From Myxococcota bacterium (GTDB lineage: Bacteria; Myxococcota_A; UBA9160; JAFDDA01), in NCBI GenBank assembly GCA_965228475.1, contig OZ245817.1, positions 2,496,001 to 2,560,000 on the forward strand: a stretch of 64,000 nucleotides of DNA, read 5' to 3'. The number at the start of each line of letters is the position of its first letter. Positions within the stretch are counted from its first letter, which is position 1. This document shows, piece after piece, positions 17,788 to 27,291 of the stretch. A model generated the notes under the pieces. It saw nothing but the letters and a program-made list of their open reading frames with translations. It ran no database searches and was not told the DNA's origin. Both the position numbers and the translations under genes were made by a program.

Positions 17788-19853
17788 CAGTAGCCCCTCC
17801 CTTGCCTCGACTGGCTCGGTTGGCCCCACGTCCCCCGCGGCGACCAGACCAGCGTCACCCGACCAAAGACTTGATAAGCGTCCACGGAATTCATCCGGGT
17901 GACTTCGTCGATCGCCGCCTGGTAGAGGCCCAGCACGGCGAAGCTCAGGCCTGGGCGATTCCCCTGGGGCTGGATGGCGTGCCAGCTCGTTTCCGCCGAA
18001 GCCAGCCAGTCCCGGCGGTCCGACGTGCGGAAGGAGTTCTGCGACTGCTGCCAGTCCACGCGCAGGGTGCCGTCGAGCCGCCCGGGCAGGATCTGGTGGA
18101 AGATCGAAGCGCCCAGCCGCTTCGACGTGCTCTTGAAGGCCGGGTCGCGGAAGCGGCCGACCTCCCGGCTCCCGTTGATCTGGAGCGAGAGCCGCTCATG
18201 GATGCGCCACTGAAAGTGGCCGCTGATCGACTTGCTCGCCTGGTCCTCGAAGGGGCTCGAGGTCTCGTCGAAGCGGCGGTCCGTGTAGCTCCCGCCGATG
18301 CTCCAGCGCTCGAAGCTCGTCTGCACGGCGACGTAGAGCGTGCGCGTGGTCCGGTTGGAGACCGGAACGGGAATGATGTCGATGATGTTGAACATCCCGT
18401 CGAACACGAAGATGGGGGGCGGCTCGTTCGCGATCGGCTTCGAGCGATACCGCGACCAGCCGGCCTGGATCGTGGGGATGCCGAAGTACTTCCGCCACCA
18501 CGGGTCGTCGCGCAGGACGGGGGTATAGGAACCGTCGAAGGACCAGCTCTCGTCGCGACGGGTCGTGAGGTCTTCCTCGTCGTCGATGTTGTCCTCGAGG
18601 CGGGCATAGCTGCCGCTGAAGGCGAAGCCGGCCCAGGAGAGATCGAAGCGCGAGTTCCAGCGGTGGAGGTCCACCGGCGATCCCGGGTTCCCGAGGCTCC
18701 GGAAGAAGGGGTCGGTCTCGCTCTCCTGGTAGAAGAGACGCGCGTCGAGCGGATGCCCGAGGACCTCGACGCCGCGCAGGGGCGCCGCCTCGCCGTAGAC
18801 CTGCCAGGCGTGGCCCACGATGGAGGAGGCGCCGCCGCCTCCGTCGAAGTCGAAGCGGGAGCGCGCCCACTCGCCGCCGAGCATCAGGCCGCCGTCGAAC
18901 AATCGCACCTCGGCAGCGCCGTCCATGGCGTGGCCGTGCTCGGTGCCCGGGTCGAAACCCACACCCGCGGTGCTCACGCCGGCTTCACCGCCGGTGGCCG
19001 TGAGCCAGGTGAGCGCCAGCGACATGTCGCCGATCTCGCCGAGGGAGAAGTGGTCGGTGCCGAGCGTGGCGCCGGTCAGCCGGTTGCGGCGATCGTCGAT
19101 GCCGAAGCGCTCGCGGAAGCCCGTGATCGGCTCGGTGCGATAGATGAACCCGCTGGCGTAGGAGCCGACCGGGCCGTCCGCCCGGACCGAGATGCCGCGG
19201 CGGTGGAAGCCTTGCAGGATCAGGCTCGGCCGAGCGGCGCCGTGCTGGCCGATCTGCGCGGAGAACGGTCCGAGCCGGACGGTGCCGAGGAAGTCGGCCA
19301 GGTCCCAGTGGCGCCCGAGGCCCCGCTCCTTGCCACCGCTGTCGTAGAGGAGCGGCGCGTAGATCGACCCGCTGAGCGGACCGCGCTCGAACTCGCTGCG
19401 GACCTGGATGGCGCCCGAGCCTTCCCCACGGTCGAGCTCCGGCGGGTGGGGGATCTGGTTGTCCTGGACGCGGTAGGAACCCTGGCCGTCGACGGCCCCG
19501 GCGAGTTCGACGTAGTACGGCTTCTCGTGCACCTGGAAGACGATCGTCTGCTCGCGCACGCCGTTCGAGATCGCGACCAGAGTGTGGCTGCCGGGCTCGA
19601 GCTTCATCGGGAGCTCGATCACGCGGCGCGAGCCGTCGGCCCGGGCGAAGGCGGTGACATCGACGCCGTCCACCACGAAGACGAAGGAGGCCATGGCGTC
19701 GGCCACGTGGTCCATGACCACGACGAGCGGCTTGCCCGCTTCGATCGAGCCGCCGTCCCCGCCATCCTCGAGGAAGAGTGCGGCGGCCGGCGCTGCGGCC
19801 AGCAGGCAGGTCCCGAGCGAGAAGACGGTCGCGGCGCGAACGAGTGCCCTCAT
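17787..19853 (-). CDS. Large outer-membrane beta-barrel protein with N-terminal Ig-like domain
   Basis: Signal peptide ending AAA; FVVDGVDVT..LEPGSHTL Ig-like segment; many alternating beta strands. Confidence 0.65.
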   Translation of the reverse strand: MRALVRAATVFSLGTCLLAAAPAAALFLEDGGDGGSIEAGKPLVVVMDHVADAMASFVFVVDGVDVTAFARADGSRRVIELPMKLEPGSHTLVAISNGVREQTIVFQVHEKPYYVELAGAVDGQGSYRVQDNQIPHPPELDRGEGSGAIQVRSEFERGPLSGSIYAPLLYDSGGKERGLGRHWDLADFLGTVRLGPFSAQIGQHGAARPSLILQGFHRRGISVRADGPVGSYASGFIYRTEPITGFRERFGIDDRRNRLTGATLGTDHFSLGEIGDMSLALTWLTATGGEAGVSTAGVGFDPGTEHGHAMDGAAEVRLFDGGLMLGGEWARSRFDFDGGGGASSIVGHAWQVYGEAAPLRGVEVLGHPLDARLFYQESETDPFFRSLGNPGSPVDLHRWNSRFDLSWAGFAFSGSYARLEDNIDDEEDLTTRRDESWSFDGSYTPVLRDDPWWRKYFGIPTIQAGWSRYRSKPIANEPPPIFVFDGMFNIIDIIPVPVSNRTTRTLYVAVQTSFERWSIGGSYTDRRFDETSSPFEDQASKSISGHFQWRIHERLSLQINGSREVGRFRDPAFKSTSKRLGASIFHQILPGRLDGTLRVDWQQSQNSFRTSDRRDWLASAETSWHAIQPQGNRPGLSFAVLGLYQAAIDEVTRMNSVDAYQVFGRVTLVWSPRGTWGQPSQSRQGRGY

Positions 19854-19989
19854 GCGGCCGCGAGTGTGAAGGTTTGCGGCCGCCGGGTCCAGCGTTCCGG
19901 CCCGGTTCGGGCCGCACGGCGCCGTGTGCGGCCAAAAACGCCCGGCGACCCCGCACCGCGCCGATCGCCGGTTGCTAGCCTCCGCCGCC

Positions 19990-20517
19990 ATGGGACGCTT
20001 CGTCTTCCTCGACCGGGACGGGACGATCATCCGCGATGCGGGATACGGCCCCGAGGTGCGTGACTGCGCCCTCCTCCCGGGCGCCGTCGAGGGGCTCTCG
20101 CGCCTGGCGGCCGCCGGCTTCGAGCTCGCCATCGTGACCAACCAGAGCGGCATCGGCCGCGGCTACTTCGACGAAGCCCACTACGCCCGTTTCCGGGACC
20201 ACCTCGAGGGGGAACTCGAACGCCTGGGCGTCCCGGTCGCCCGGACCTACCACTGCCCGCACGCGCCCGACGCGGGCTGCGATTGCCGCAAGCCCGAACC
20301 GGGCATGCTGCTGCGCGCCCGCGACGAGCTCGGGGCCGACCTCGCCGCGAGCTGGGTGGTCGGCGACAAGCCGAGCGACGTGGGCCTGGCCGAGCGCGGC
20401 GGCTGCGCGGGCGGGCTCCTCGTCGGGCGTGGCCTCGAGCCGGGCACGGTCACGGACCTCCGGGAGGCGGCGGACCGGATCCTCGGCGAGACCGGGGGGA
20501 AGCCCGGGCGCCCCTAG
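19990..20517 (+). CDS. gmhB: D-glycero-D-manno-heptose 1,7-bisphosphate phosphatase (HAD IIIA)
   Basis: FLDRDGTI, VTNQSGIGRG, CPH..CDCRKPEPGM, VGDKPSD. Confidence 0.88.
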   Translation: MGRFVFLDRDGTIIRDAGYGPEVRDCALLPGAVEGLSRLAAAGFELAIVTNQSGIGRGYFDEAHYARFRDHLEGELERLGVPVARTYHCPHAPDAGCDCRKPEPGMLLRARDELGADLAASWVVGDKPSDVGLAERGGCAGGLLVGRGLEPGTVTDLREAADRILGETGGKPGRP

Positions 20518-21308
20518 CGCGCCGACCAGACCGGATGGGTCTGCGGGATCACCCGGACGTCACGCAAGGTGCCGCCGAGGCGGCGCTCGAGCGCGAGCAT
20601 GCGCTCCGCACCCGGCCGCTCCCTCACGCGCGCGGCCGGTGTCACGGGCTGCAGGACGAGCGGGATCTCCGGGTCGACGGCCGCGATCCGCCGCGCCATC
20701 TCGTCGAGCTCCGCGTCGCTCGACGCCGGCGTCACCACCGCCTTCACGTAGACCTCGGCGCCTTCGCGCGCGGTCCGAAGGAACCGCTCGTGGGCTTCGT
20801 GAAAGTCCGGAACGTCGCCGTGGCGGGGGTCGCTCGCGCGGCGGACGTCGCTCGCGAGCTTCCAGTCCATCGAGACCACGTCGACGTCGCCGATCACCCG
20901 GGCGAGCGCCGCCTCGGCGAGCCCGTGGGTCTCGAGGTAGACGCGCGCGCCGGCCGCGCGGAGCCCGCGCGCCAGGGCGCCGACCGCCTCGGGCTGGAGC
21001 AACGGCTCGCCTCCGGTGATCGAGACGAAGCGATGCTCGGCCGCCCCGAGCTTCTCGCACGCCGCGAGCAACGCGGCCACCGTGAGCGGGTTCGCGGCGG
21101 TCTCGAAGTCGCCCTCCCCGGGCGTGGCCTCGAGGCGCGCCTCCGCGGCAGGCCGCCAGGTTCCGGGCGAGTCGCACCAGGCGCAGCGCAGGTCGCACTC
21201 GCCCAGGCGCACGAAGAGCGTTCGCGTGCCGACCCAGGGCCCCTCCCCCTGGATGGAGGAGAAGACCTCGACCACGTTGACCTCGACGACGGGGTCGGCC
21301 GCAGCCAT
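20514..21308 (-). CDS. queE: 7-carboxy-7-deazaguanine synthase (radical SAM)
   Basis: EVFSSIQGEG, FVRLGECDLRCAWCD, ITGGEPLLQ, LETHG, IPQTH. Confidence 0.9.
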   Translation of the reverse strand: MAAADPVVEVNVVEVFSSIQGEGPWVGTRTLFVRLGECDLRCAWCDSPGTWRPAAEARLEATPGEGDFETAANPLTVAALLAACEKLGAAEHRFVSITGGEPLLQPEAVGALARGLRAAGARVYLETHGLAEAALARVIGDVDVVSMDWKLASDVRRASDPRHGDVPDFHEAHERFLRTAREGAEVYVKAVVTPASSDAELDEMARRIAAVDPEIPLVLQPVTPAARVRERPGAERMLALERRLGGTLRDVRVIPQTHPVWSAR

Positions 21309-21312
21309 GCCC

Positions 21313-24144
21313 CTAGCCTTCGAGGATCGTCCGCCCCATGCCGATCTCGGCGATCAGGGCATCGAGACGCTCCGGGTGCGCATCGAGACCGTGGACGAAG
21401 ACGCGCGCCACGTGATCGTCCGCGGCGAGCGCATCCACCCAGGCGAGCTTCTGCCCGAGGTGCTGTGCCATCGGCACCACGGCCATCGGTCGCGGCGTGA
21501 GGCCCTCGTGGGTGCCGAGGATCAGCAGACCATCGCCCTCGCGCCGGGCCAGGGAGAGATGCGCGCCGTAGCGCTCGCGCACGACCCGGCCCGTGAGGGA
21601 GAGATCGAACTCCGCCGGCACGTCGATGATCACCATCGCGTAGCCGCCGAAGTGGACGATGCGGAAGTCCCGGCTCCCGACGAACTCGACCTCGGGCGGC
21701 GGCGGCGGCATCTCCGCGCGGTCGGCCTCCTGGGCCAGCTCGCTCGGACGCCCCGTCAGCAGGGCCTGGAGCTCGTTGCGATGCTCGCCCGGGCGCGCTG
21801 CGAGGTCGCCGAGGCGCCACCACCAGAGCCGGCCCCAGCGCTGGAAGTCGTGCTCCGTGAAGCGGCCCGCCGCGAGGTCCACGAGCTTGTCCGAGAAGCG
21901 GCTGCGCCGCGAGCAGCGCGGCAGCACCAGCGGAACGCAGGACTCGAGGTTCTCCCGCACGTCGACGAAGTCCGAACCGAGGGCCTCCTTCAGCTGCGCG
22001 AGGTCTTCGGGCGGCCAGGCCTGCGTGTCGTACCACTCGATGCGGCCGGCGTAGAGCGCCGCCGCCTGGAGCGCGTCGCGCGCCGGCGAGGCCTGGAAGC
22101 CGACCACGAAGATCGTGGTGTCGTCGCGCAGGTCCGTCGCCACGCTGCGGAAGAACGTCATCAGCTCTTCCTGCGGATAGATCCAGACGCCCTCGACCTG
22201 GCGCGCCTCGCGCGCGAGCAGCATGGCCGCGGCGATCGAGTGCCGGTCCGCGTGGGCGAGCACCGCGGCGCGGCGCGGGCGGTCCTGACGCAGGGGCTCG
22301 GGCTCCTCTTCGGGCTCGGGGGCCTCCGCGAGGGCGAGATCCTCTTCGTCGACGGTGACGTCTTCGTCCTGGTCCTCGACCTCCGGGGACTCTTCGTCGG
22401 AAGGGTCGGCGTCCGCAAGGCTCGGGCGGTCGCGTCCCGGAGGACCTTCGCCGTCCTCCTCCTCGCCCTCTTCCTGCCGGCGGCCCCGGCCGCCGCGGCG
22501 GCGGCTGCGCCCGCGGCGCTTGCGGCCCGCGCTTTCTCCCTCGCCGAGGCCGAAGCTGTCGTCGAGGTCGAAGCTCGAGAGCTCGGCGAAGCGCGGGCGG
22601 TCCTCGCCGGCGTCCTCCCCGCCGTCGTCGCCGGAGTCGTCCGAGGCGTCGAGTTCCAGCGCCGCCGGCCCGTCCGGGATGTCGCCGTTCTCGGAGGCCT
22701 CCGCGTTGCGGCCTCGGCCCCCGCGGCCGCGCCCGCGGCCACGGCCTTCTCGGCGGCCGCGCCCAGCGCGGGCCGGCGCCTCGGCCTCTTCGCCTTCCTC
22801 GGCGCTCGCTTCGGCTCCGGCGTCTTCACCTTCGTCTTCTTCACCGCGCTCGCCGCGGGTCCGCCGCGGTCCACGACGGCCGCGCCCGCGGCGACGCCCC
22901 GCCCGCTCGCGGCCCTCACCGACGGCCGGCGCCGAGGCCGGAGCGCTTCCGGCGGGCACGAGTTGGGTCCCGCGAACGTCGAGCCTCACGGTCTCGAGCG
23001 TCAGCCCCTCGAGCACGCGGACCGCACCCGGCGTCATGGTCTCGGCGGCCACGACCAGGCGCGGCGCGCGGTCGAGACGAACCGGAGGCAGGGCCGAGGT
23101 CAGCAGGCCCGGAACCGAGGGCTGCAGCGCGGCCCAGGCATCGAGGATCGGACCCAGCGCGGCAACGTCGAGGGCCTTACGGACGGCCACCACGACCACC
23201 GCACCGTCCTCGCCGACGCCGACCGCATCGAGCACTTCGCCATCGCTCCCGCCGAGCGGGAAGGCGACCACGGAGCGGAGGCCACAGGCCGCCGCCAGAT
23301 TCGGGGCCACGCCGGCGCGCAGGCCGTCTTCGCTGCGCGTCACCGTGCCGTCGCGGAGCCGCTTGCGGAGCTGGCCCTCTAGCCCGTCGAGGGCGTCTGC
23401 GAGGCCCTCGGCCGTGAGCCGCTGGGGCCCCGTGCGAGCGCCGAAGGTCTCGAGCTGAACCTGGTCGTCCCGGGTGGAGAGGCGCGCCACGCGGCGCGCG
23501 ACCAGCACCAGCTCGACGCCGGCCTCGGTCCCGCGGACACCGCCGGCATGCTTGGCCGCGAGCCCGGAGAGCCCCGCCAGGGCCCGGCTGAAGAGTTCGC
23601 GCGCGGTCGGGTCGGAAAGGCCCGCGCCGACCTGCTCCGGCGGCAGCGCCTTCGGCGCCGGCGCGGCCTCGGGAGCCACGCCCGGGCCCTCGAGCAGGCG
23701 CCCGGCCTCGATGGGCCCGACCTTCACGTCGAGCTCCCCGATCAGCGCCAGGCGGCGACGCGCCGCCGCGCTCCAGCGGGAGACCACGTAGGCCACGGCG
23801 GGCTTCGCCTCCGGCGTCTCCGCCGGGGCTTCGGGTTCGGCCGCGTCGCCGTCCGTCTCGGGCGCGGCGGCGGGCGCCGGCGCGCTGCGGTGCGCCGCCA
23901 GCGCGAGCAGCGCATCGCCCGCATCCTGCGGTGAGAAGACGACGAGCACCTTCGCGCCGGACTCGTCCGCGCCCTCGCCCAGCAGCGCCAGGCTCGACGG
24001 CACGTTGTCGTCGGTGATCGTTTCGAGTGTCTCGACCGGGACCAGCCCGGCCTCGGTCAGGCGGGCCAGCCAGCCCGCGTCGATCGGCTTGCGCCCATCG
24101 TCGTCACCGCCGCTGCGGCGGCGACGTCCGAATCTGCGTTTCAT
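21313..24144 (-). CDS. 943-aa hypothetical protein: degenerate PD-(D/E)XK-like domain, Arg/acidic low-complexity linker, degenerate DHH/DHHA1-like domain
   Basis: Host-like codon usage; AGGGG before ATG; segments VLDAVGVGEDGAVVVVAVR, AVLAHADRHSIAAA and IEWYDTQAW. Confidence 0.7.
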   Translation of the reverse strand: MKRRFGRRRRSGGDDDGRKPIDAGWLARLTEAGLVPVETLETITDDNVPSSLALLGEGADESGAKVLVVFSPQDAGDALLALAAHRSAPAPAAAPETDGDAAEPEAPAETPEAKPAVAYVVSRWSAAARRRLALIGELDVKVGPIEAGRLLEGPGVAPEAAPAPKALPPEQVGAGLSDPTARELFSRALAGLSGLAAKHAGGVRGTEAGVELVLVARRVARLSTRDDQVQLETFGARTGPQRLTAEGLADALDGLEGQLRKRLRDGTVTRSEDGLRAGVAPNLAAACGLRSVVAFPLGGSDGEVLDAVGVGEDGAVVVVAVRKALDVAALGPILDAWAALQPSVPGLLTSALPPVRLDRAPRLVVAAETMTPGAVRVLEGLTLETVRLDVRGTQLVPAGSAPASAPAVGEGRERAGRRRGRGRRGPRRTRGERGEEDEGEDAGAEASAEEGEEAEAPARAGRGRREGRGRGRGRGGRGRNAEASENGDIPDGPAALELDASDDSGDDGGEDAGEDRPRFAELSSFDLDDSFGLGEGESAGRKRRGRSRRRGGRGRRQEEGEEEDGEGPPGRDRPSLADADPSDEESPEVEDQDEDVTVDEEDLALAEAPEPEEEPEPLRQDRPRRAAVLAHADRHSIAAAMLLAREARQVEGVWIYPQEELMTFFRSVATDLRDDTTIFVVGFQASPARDALQAAALYAGRIEWYDTQAWPPEDLAQLKEALGSDFVDVRENLESCVPLVLPRCSRRSRFSDKLVDLAAGRFTEHDFQRWGRLWWWRLGDLAARPGEHRNELQALLTGRPSELAQEADRAEMPPPPPEVEFVGSRDFRIVHFGGYAMVIIDVPAEFDLSLTGRVVRERYGAHLSLARREGDGLLILGTHEGLTPRPMAVVPMAQHLGQKLAWVDALAADDHVARVFVHGLDAHPERLDALIAEIGMGRTILEG

Positions 24145-24263
24145 CGTTTCCCCTCAGGAGAGCATTCATCCGGTGGGATGCGCGTTGGCTAGGGCACGTT
24201 GCCTTCGTGCCCTCGGGCACGTCGCCGTGCCCCCGTGGCACGCTGCCGTGCCGACCGCCCGCG

Positions 24264-25457
24264 TCAGGGCTTCACCACCAGAGACTCGCTCTCGGTTTCC
24301 GAATCTTCGTTTCCTGCTGCGCGGGTTTCTGCGTCCGCCTGCAGCAGCGGGGCGAGCAGCCGGCCGAGCAGCGCTCGGGCCACCGGGTTGCTCCCCGCCT
24401 CTTGTTCGCGAAAGGCGCGCGCCCCCGCCAGACAAGCCCGGGCGACTTCTTCCTCGCCCGTCTTCCAGAACACATAGGCCGATTCCGCGAATCGCGCAGC
24501 CGTGAGCGCGGAAAACCCTTCATCGTAGGCCGCTTCCGACGCTTCCCGCAGAATCTCCTCGAACCGCTCCTGCCGGGCCGGGCCGCTCACGACGATCTTC
24601 GACTCCCGGACCTCTTCGAGGGCATCGATGGCCGGCTTCAGCCGCTCGGGCGGCGGCGGCCAGGGGCCGAGACGCCCGGTCTCGATGAAGCCGAGCAGCC
24701 GGCTGCGATCCTCGCCATCCGGCTCGGGCAGCTCTGCTTCCGCGACGGCTCCGGGCGCCGCCGTGCCTTCCGGCGCTCCGGTGATCTGGCCGCGCCATTC
24801 GCCGAAGGCCCGGGGCAGCGCGCGGTCGGTGGGCTGGGCCTTCGCCGCGTGCCCGACGAGCCAGCGGGCCTGGTCGGGCGAAACCGGGACCCCGGCGCCG
24901 GCGCCCTCCTTCGTCGCATCGCGCAGGAAGCGGCGCGCCTTGCCGCGCGTCGCCCGGTAGACGTCGCAGCGCCGGATCCCGAGCTGATCGTCGATCACGA
25001 GTTCGAAGATCCGGGCGCCGCCCGCCGGGTTGGTGCCGACGATGACGACCGAGCGCGACCCGCCCGCGTCGAGCGGCGAGACGAAGGCCCCTTCGACGCC
25101 CTCTTCCAACTCCGGGAGCGTGGCGACGCGCGGCGCGGCCGGCGCGTCTTCGAGCTTCACGCCGCGGCTGCGGAGCCGATGGCGAACGCGGCGGAGCGCC
25201 TTCTTCCCGGCCTTGGTGAGCTCCTCCTCACGCAGGCCGCCCACGGCCGCGAGGCCCGCTTCCTGCTCGGCCCACTCGGCCGCGAGCTCACAGCCGTCCT
25301 CGGGAACCTCGGAGAGCATCCAGACGAGGACGCTGTGGATCTGCTTCTCGTCGAGTCCGGCGAGCACGCGGTCCGGGTCTCCGTTCGCGGGCCGGATCAC
25401 GTCCTCGAGTTCGGGCAGCGCCTCGGCGGCGCGGTCGAGCGCGTCCGCCAGGCTCAT
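24264..25457 (-). CDS. Hypothetical protein (alpha-helical)
   Basis: ATG 25457 coupled (ATGA) to the cutA stop; normal residue composition; KKALRRVRHRLRSRG segment. Confidence 0.7.
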   Translation of the reverse strand: MSLADALDRAAEALPELEDVIRPANGDPDRVLAGLDEKQIHSVLVWMLSEVPEDGCELAAEWAEQEAGLAAVGGLREEELTKAGKKALRRVRHRLRSRGVKLEDAPAAPRVATLPELEEGVEGAFVSPLDAGGSRSVVIVGTNPAGGARIFELVIDDQLGIRRCDVYRATRGKARRFLRDATKEGAGAGVPVSPDQARWLVGHAAKAQPTDRALPRAFGEWRGQITGAPEGTAAPGAVAEAELPEPDGEDRSRLLGFIETGRLGPWPPPPERLKPAIDALEEVRESKIVVSGPARQERFEEILREASEAAYDEGFSALTAARFAESAYVFWKTGEEEVARACLAGARAFREQEAGSNPVARALLGRLLAPLLQADAETRAAGNEDSETESESLVVKP

Positions 25458-25792
25458 CGGCCGGACTCCGCACAGACCCACTCGAGGTAGGGAACGCTGC
25501 CTCCCGCGGCGGGCAGGGCCAGCACCTCGGGCAGGTCGTAGGGATGGAGCGCGCGGACGCGCTCGCACAAACTTTCCATGCACTCCTCGGTCGTCTTGAT
25601 CACGAGCAGGACCTCCGCATCGTCCTGCACCGCGCCTTCGTAGCGATAGATCGAACGGACCCGCGGGACGACGTTCACGCACGCGGCGAGCCGCTCGGTG
25701 ACGATCGTCCGAGCCAGATCCGCCGCGACCGCCTCTTCGGGGGCCGTCACCAGCACGACCCGAATCCGTCCGGCCAGCGCCGCCTCGGTCAC
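25454..25792 (-). CDS. cutA: Divalent-cation tolerance protein CutA
   Basis: VVLVTAP, ERLAACVN, SIYRYEG, HPYDLPEVL, YLEW. Confidence 0.93.
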   Translation of the reverse strand: MTEAALAGRIRVVLVTAPEEAVAADLARTIVTERLAACVNVVPRVRSIYRYEGAVQDDAEVLLVIKTTEECMESLCERVRALHPYDLPEVLALPAAGGSVPYLEWVCAESGR

Positions 25793-25814
25793 GCCGCAGC
25801 CTCTCGGGCCCGGC

Positions 25815-26963
25815 TCACCCGCCCTGCCCCACCAACCGGGCATGCTCGGACTGGGCGAAGCGGTCCGTCATGCCGGCAATGTAGTCTGCGATGGCCCTCG
25901 CTTCACCCTCCTCCGGGAAGCGGCTCCGCACGGCCTCCGGCAGCGCCGCGGGCTTCTCGGCGAAGCACTCGTAGAGCTCCGAGAGCACGCGTTCGGCGCG
26001 GCGGTTCACTTCGGCCACCTGGGGATGGTCGTAGAGGTGCTCGAACAAGAACGTCTTGAGGGAGAGGAATCGCTCGGTGACGGAGCGCGAGAACCCGACG
26101 AAGGGGCGCTCGTCGTCGCGCACCGCATCGACGCCGGCGGGCCTCGCCTCCTCGAGCCGGGCCGAAGTCGCTTCGACGAGGTCCGTCACCAGGAGGTTGA
26201 TCAGGCCCCCGACGGTCTGCGCCCGCTTCACGCGCTCCCCCGCCTCCGGCATCTCGGCCTCCACGCGGGCACGCATCTCGTTCCAGAGCGGCGCGTCCTC
26301 GAGCTGCCCGAGCGTCAGCAGGCCGGAGCGCAGGCCGTCGTCGAGATCGTGATTCACGTAGGCGATCTCGTCGGCGCGGTCAGCGATCTGGGCTTCGAGC
26401 GTGGGCTGCCGCCGGAGAGGCGGGAGCGGCACGGGGTGCGGCCAGTTCGCGCCGTGCTTGCAGAGGCCTTCGCGCGTTTCGTGGGTGAGGTTCAGACCGC
26501 CTACGTGCGGGTAGCGCTCCTCGAGCGCATCGACGATGCGCAGGGTCTGGCGGTTGTGGTCGAAGCCGCCCTCCTCCGAAAGGAGCCGGTCGAGCACGCG
26601 CTCGCCGGCGTGGCCGAAGGGCGGGTGCCCGAGGTCGTGGGCCAGGACTACGGCCTCCGCCAGATCCTCGTTCAGCCGGAGCGCCCGGGCGAGCGAGCGC
26701 GTGATCTGCCCGCCCTCGATCGTGTGGGTCAGGCGATTGCGGAAGTGGTCGCCCTCGTGAAAGACGAAGACCTGGGTCTTGTACTCGAGGCGCCGGAAGG
26801 CCGTGCTGTGGATCACGCGGTCGCGATCGCGGTGGAAGACGGTGCGGTAGCCGTGGTGCGGCTCGGGAACCACCCGGCCCCGGCTCTCGGCCGCCCGCAT
26901 GGCCCAGGGCGCGAGCCGTTCGGCCTCTTCGGCCTCGCAGGCCTCCCGCGTGCGCAGGCTCAC
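25815..26963 (-). CDS. dgt: Deoxyguanosinetriphosphate triphosphohydrolase-like HD protein
   Basis: DRDRVIHSTAFRRLEYKTQVF, RNRLTHT, HDLGHPPFGHAGE, AYVNHDLDDG, DYIAGMTD. Confidence 0.93.
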   Translation of the reverse strand: MSLRTREACEAEEAERLAPWAMRAAESRGRVVPEPHHGYRTVFHRDRDRVIHSTAFRRLEYKTQVFVFHEGDHFRNRLTHTIEGGQITRSLARALRLNEDLAEAVVLAHDLGHPPFGHAGERVLDRLLSEEGGFDHNRQTLRIVDALEERYPHVGGLNLTHETREGLCKHGANWPHPVPLPPLRRQPTLEAQIADRADEIAYVNHDLDDGLRSGLLTLGQLEDAPLWNEMRARVEAEMPEAGERVKRAQTVGGLINLLVTDLVEATSARLEEARPAGVDAVRDDERPFVGFSRSVTERFLSLKTFLFEHLYDHPQVAEVNRRAERVLSELYECFAEKPAALPEAVRSRFPEEGEARAIADYIAGMTDRFAQSEHARLVGQGG

Positions 26964-26991
26964 GGGGAGAAGGCCCCGAGCGGGAGCGGTC

Positions 26992-27264
26992 TCACGGAGA
27001 GAGGCCTTCGCGCTCGAGGAGGCCGTCGAGCTCGCGACGGGAGGCGTCGTCGATGTGTTCCCGGACCGGCGCTTCCCGTGCCTCGGTGGCACGGGGCGCG
27101 GGCTTCGGCTTCGCCGGACGCGCGCCGACGGCCGGGGCACCGCGGCTCTCGGCGGATCCGTCGCGAGCCTCGGGAACCGCCTCCGGGCCGGCCGGGGTCG
27201 AAAGCAGGAGCCAGCCGGCGAGTGCGGCGGCGGCGAGCCCGAAGGGAAGAAGGAGCCAGCGCAT
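26992..27264 (-). CDS. Small membrane-anchored hypothetical protein (90 aa)
   Basis: MRWLLLPFGLAAAALAGWLLLS TM helix, Pro/Ala linker, EHIDDASRRELDGLL; fills the gap before dgt. Confidence 0.55.
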   Translation of the reverse strand: MRWLLLPFGLAAAALAGWLLLSTPAGPEAVPEARDGSAESRGAPAVGARPAKPKPAPRATEAREAPVREHIDDASRRELDGLLEREGLSP

Positions 27265-27291
27265 GGCAACGGGCACGATAGGATATGCGCC

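Noticed and set aside
22300..22950. Repetitive GC-rich DNA as a tandem repeat or CRISPR array
   Set aside because: No fixed-length repeat-spacer periodicity; explained by low-complexity Arg/Gly/Glu coding sequence
20514..24144. queE plus a nuclease-like gene as a 7-deazaguanine DNA-modification (dpd) system
   Set aside because: No dpdA/tgt, queC, queD or folE is adjacent and the nuclease-like motif looks inactive; queuosine synthesis is the simpler explanation
8174..26963. dGTPase plus deaminase as a nucleotide-depletion defence island
   Set aside because: They are about 17 kb apart; dgt is the short housekeeping-like type in a cutA operon with host-like codons, and there are no other defence genes nearby
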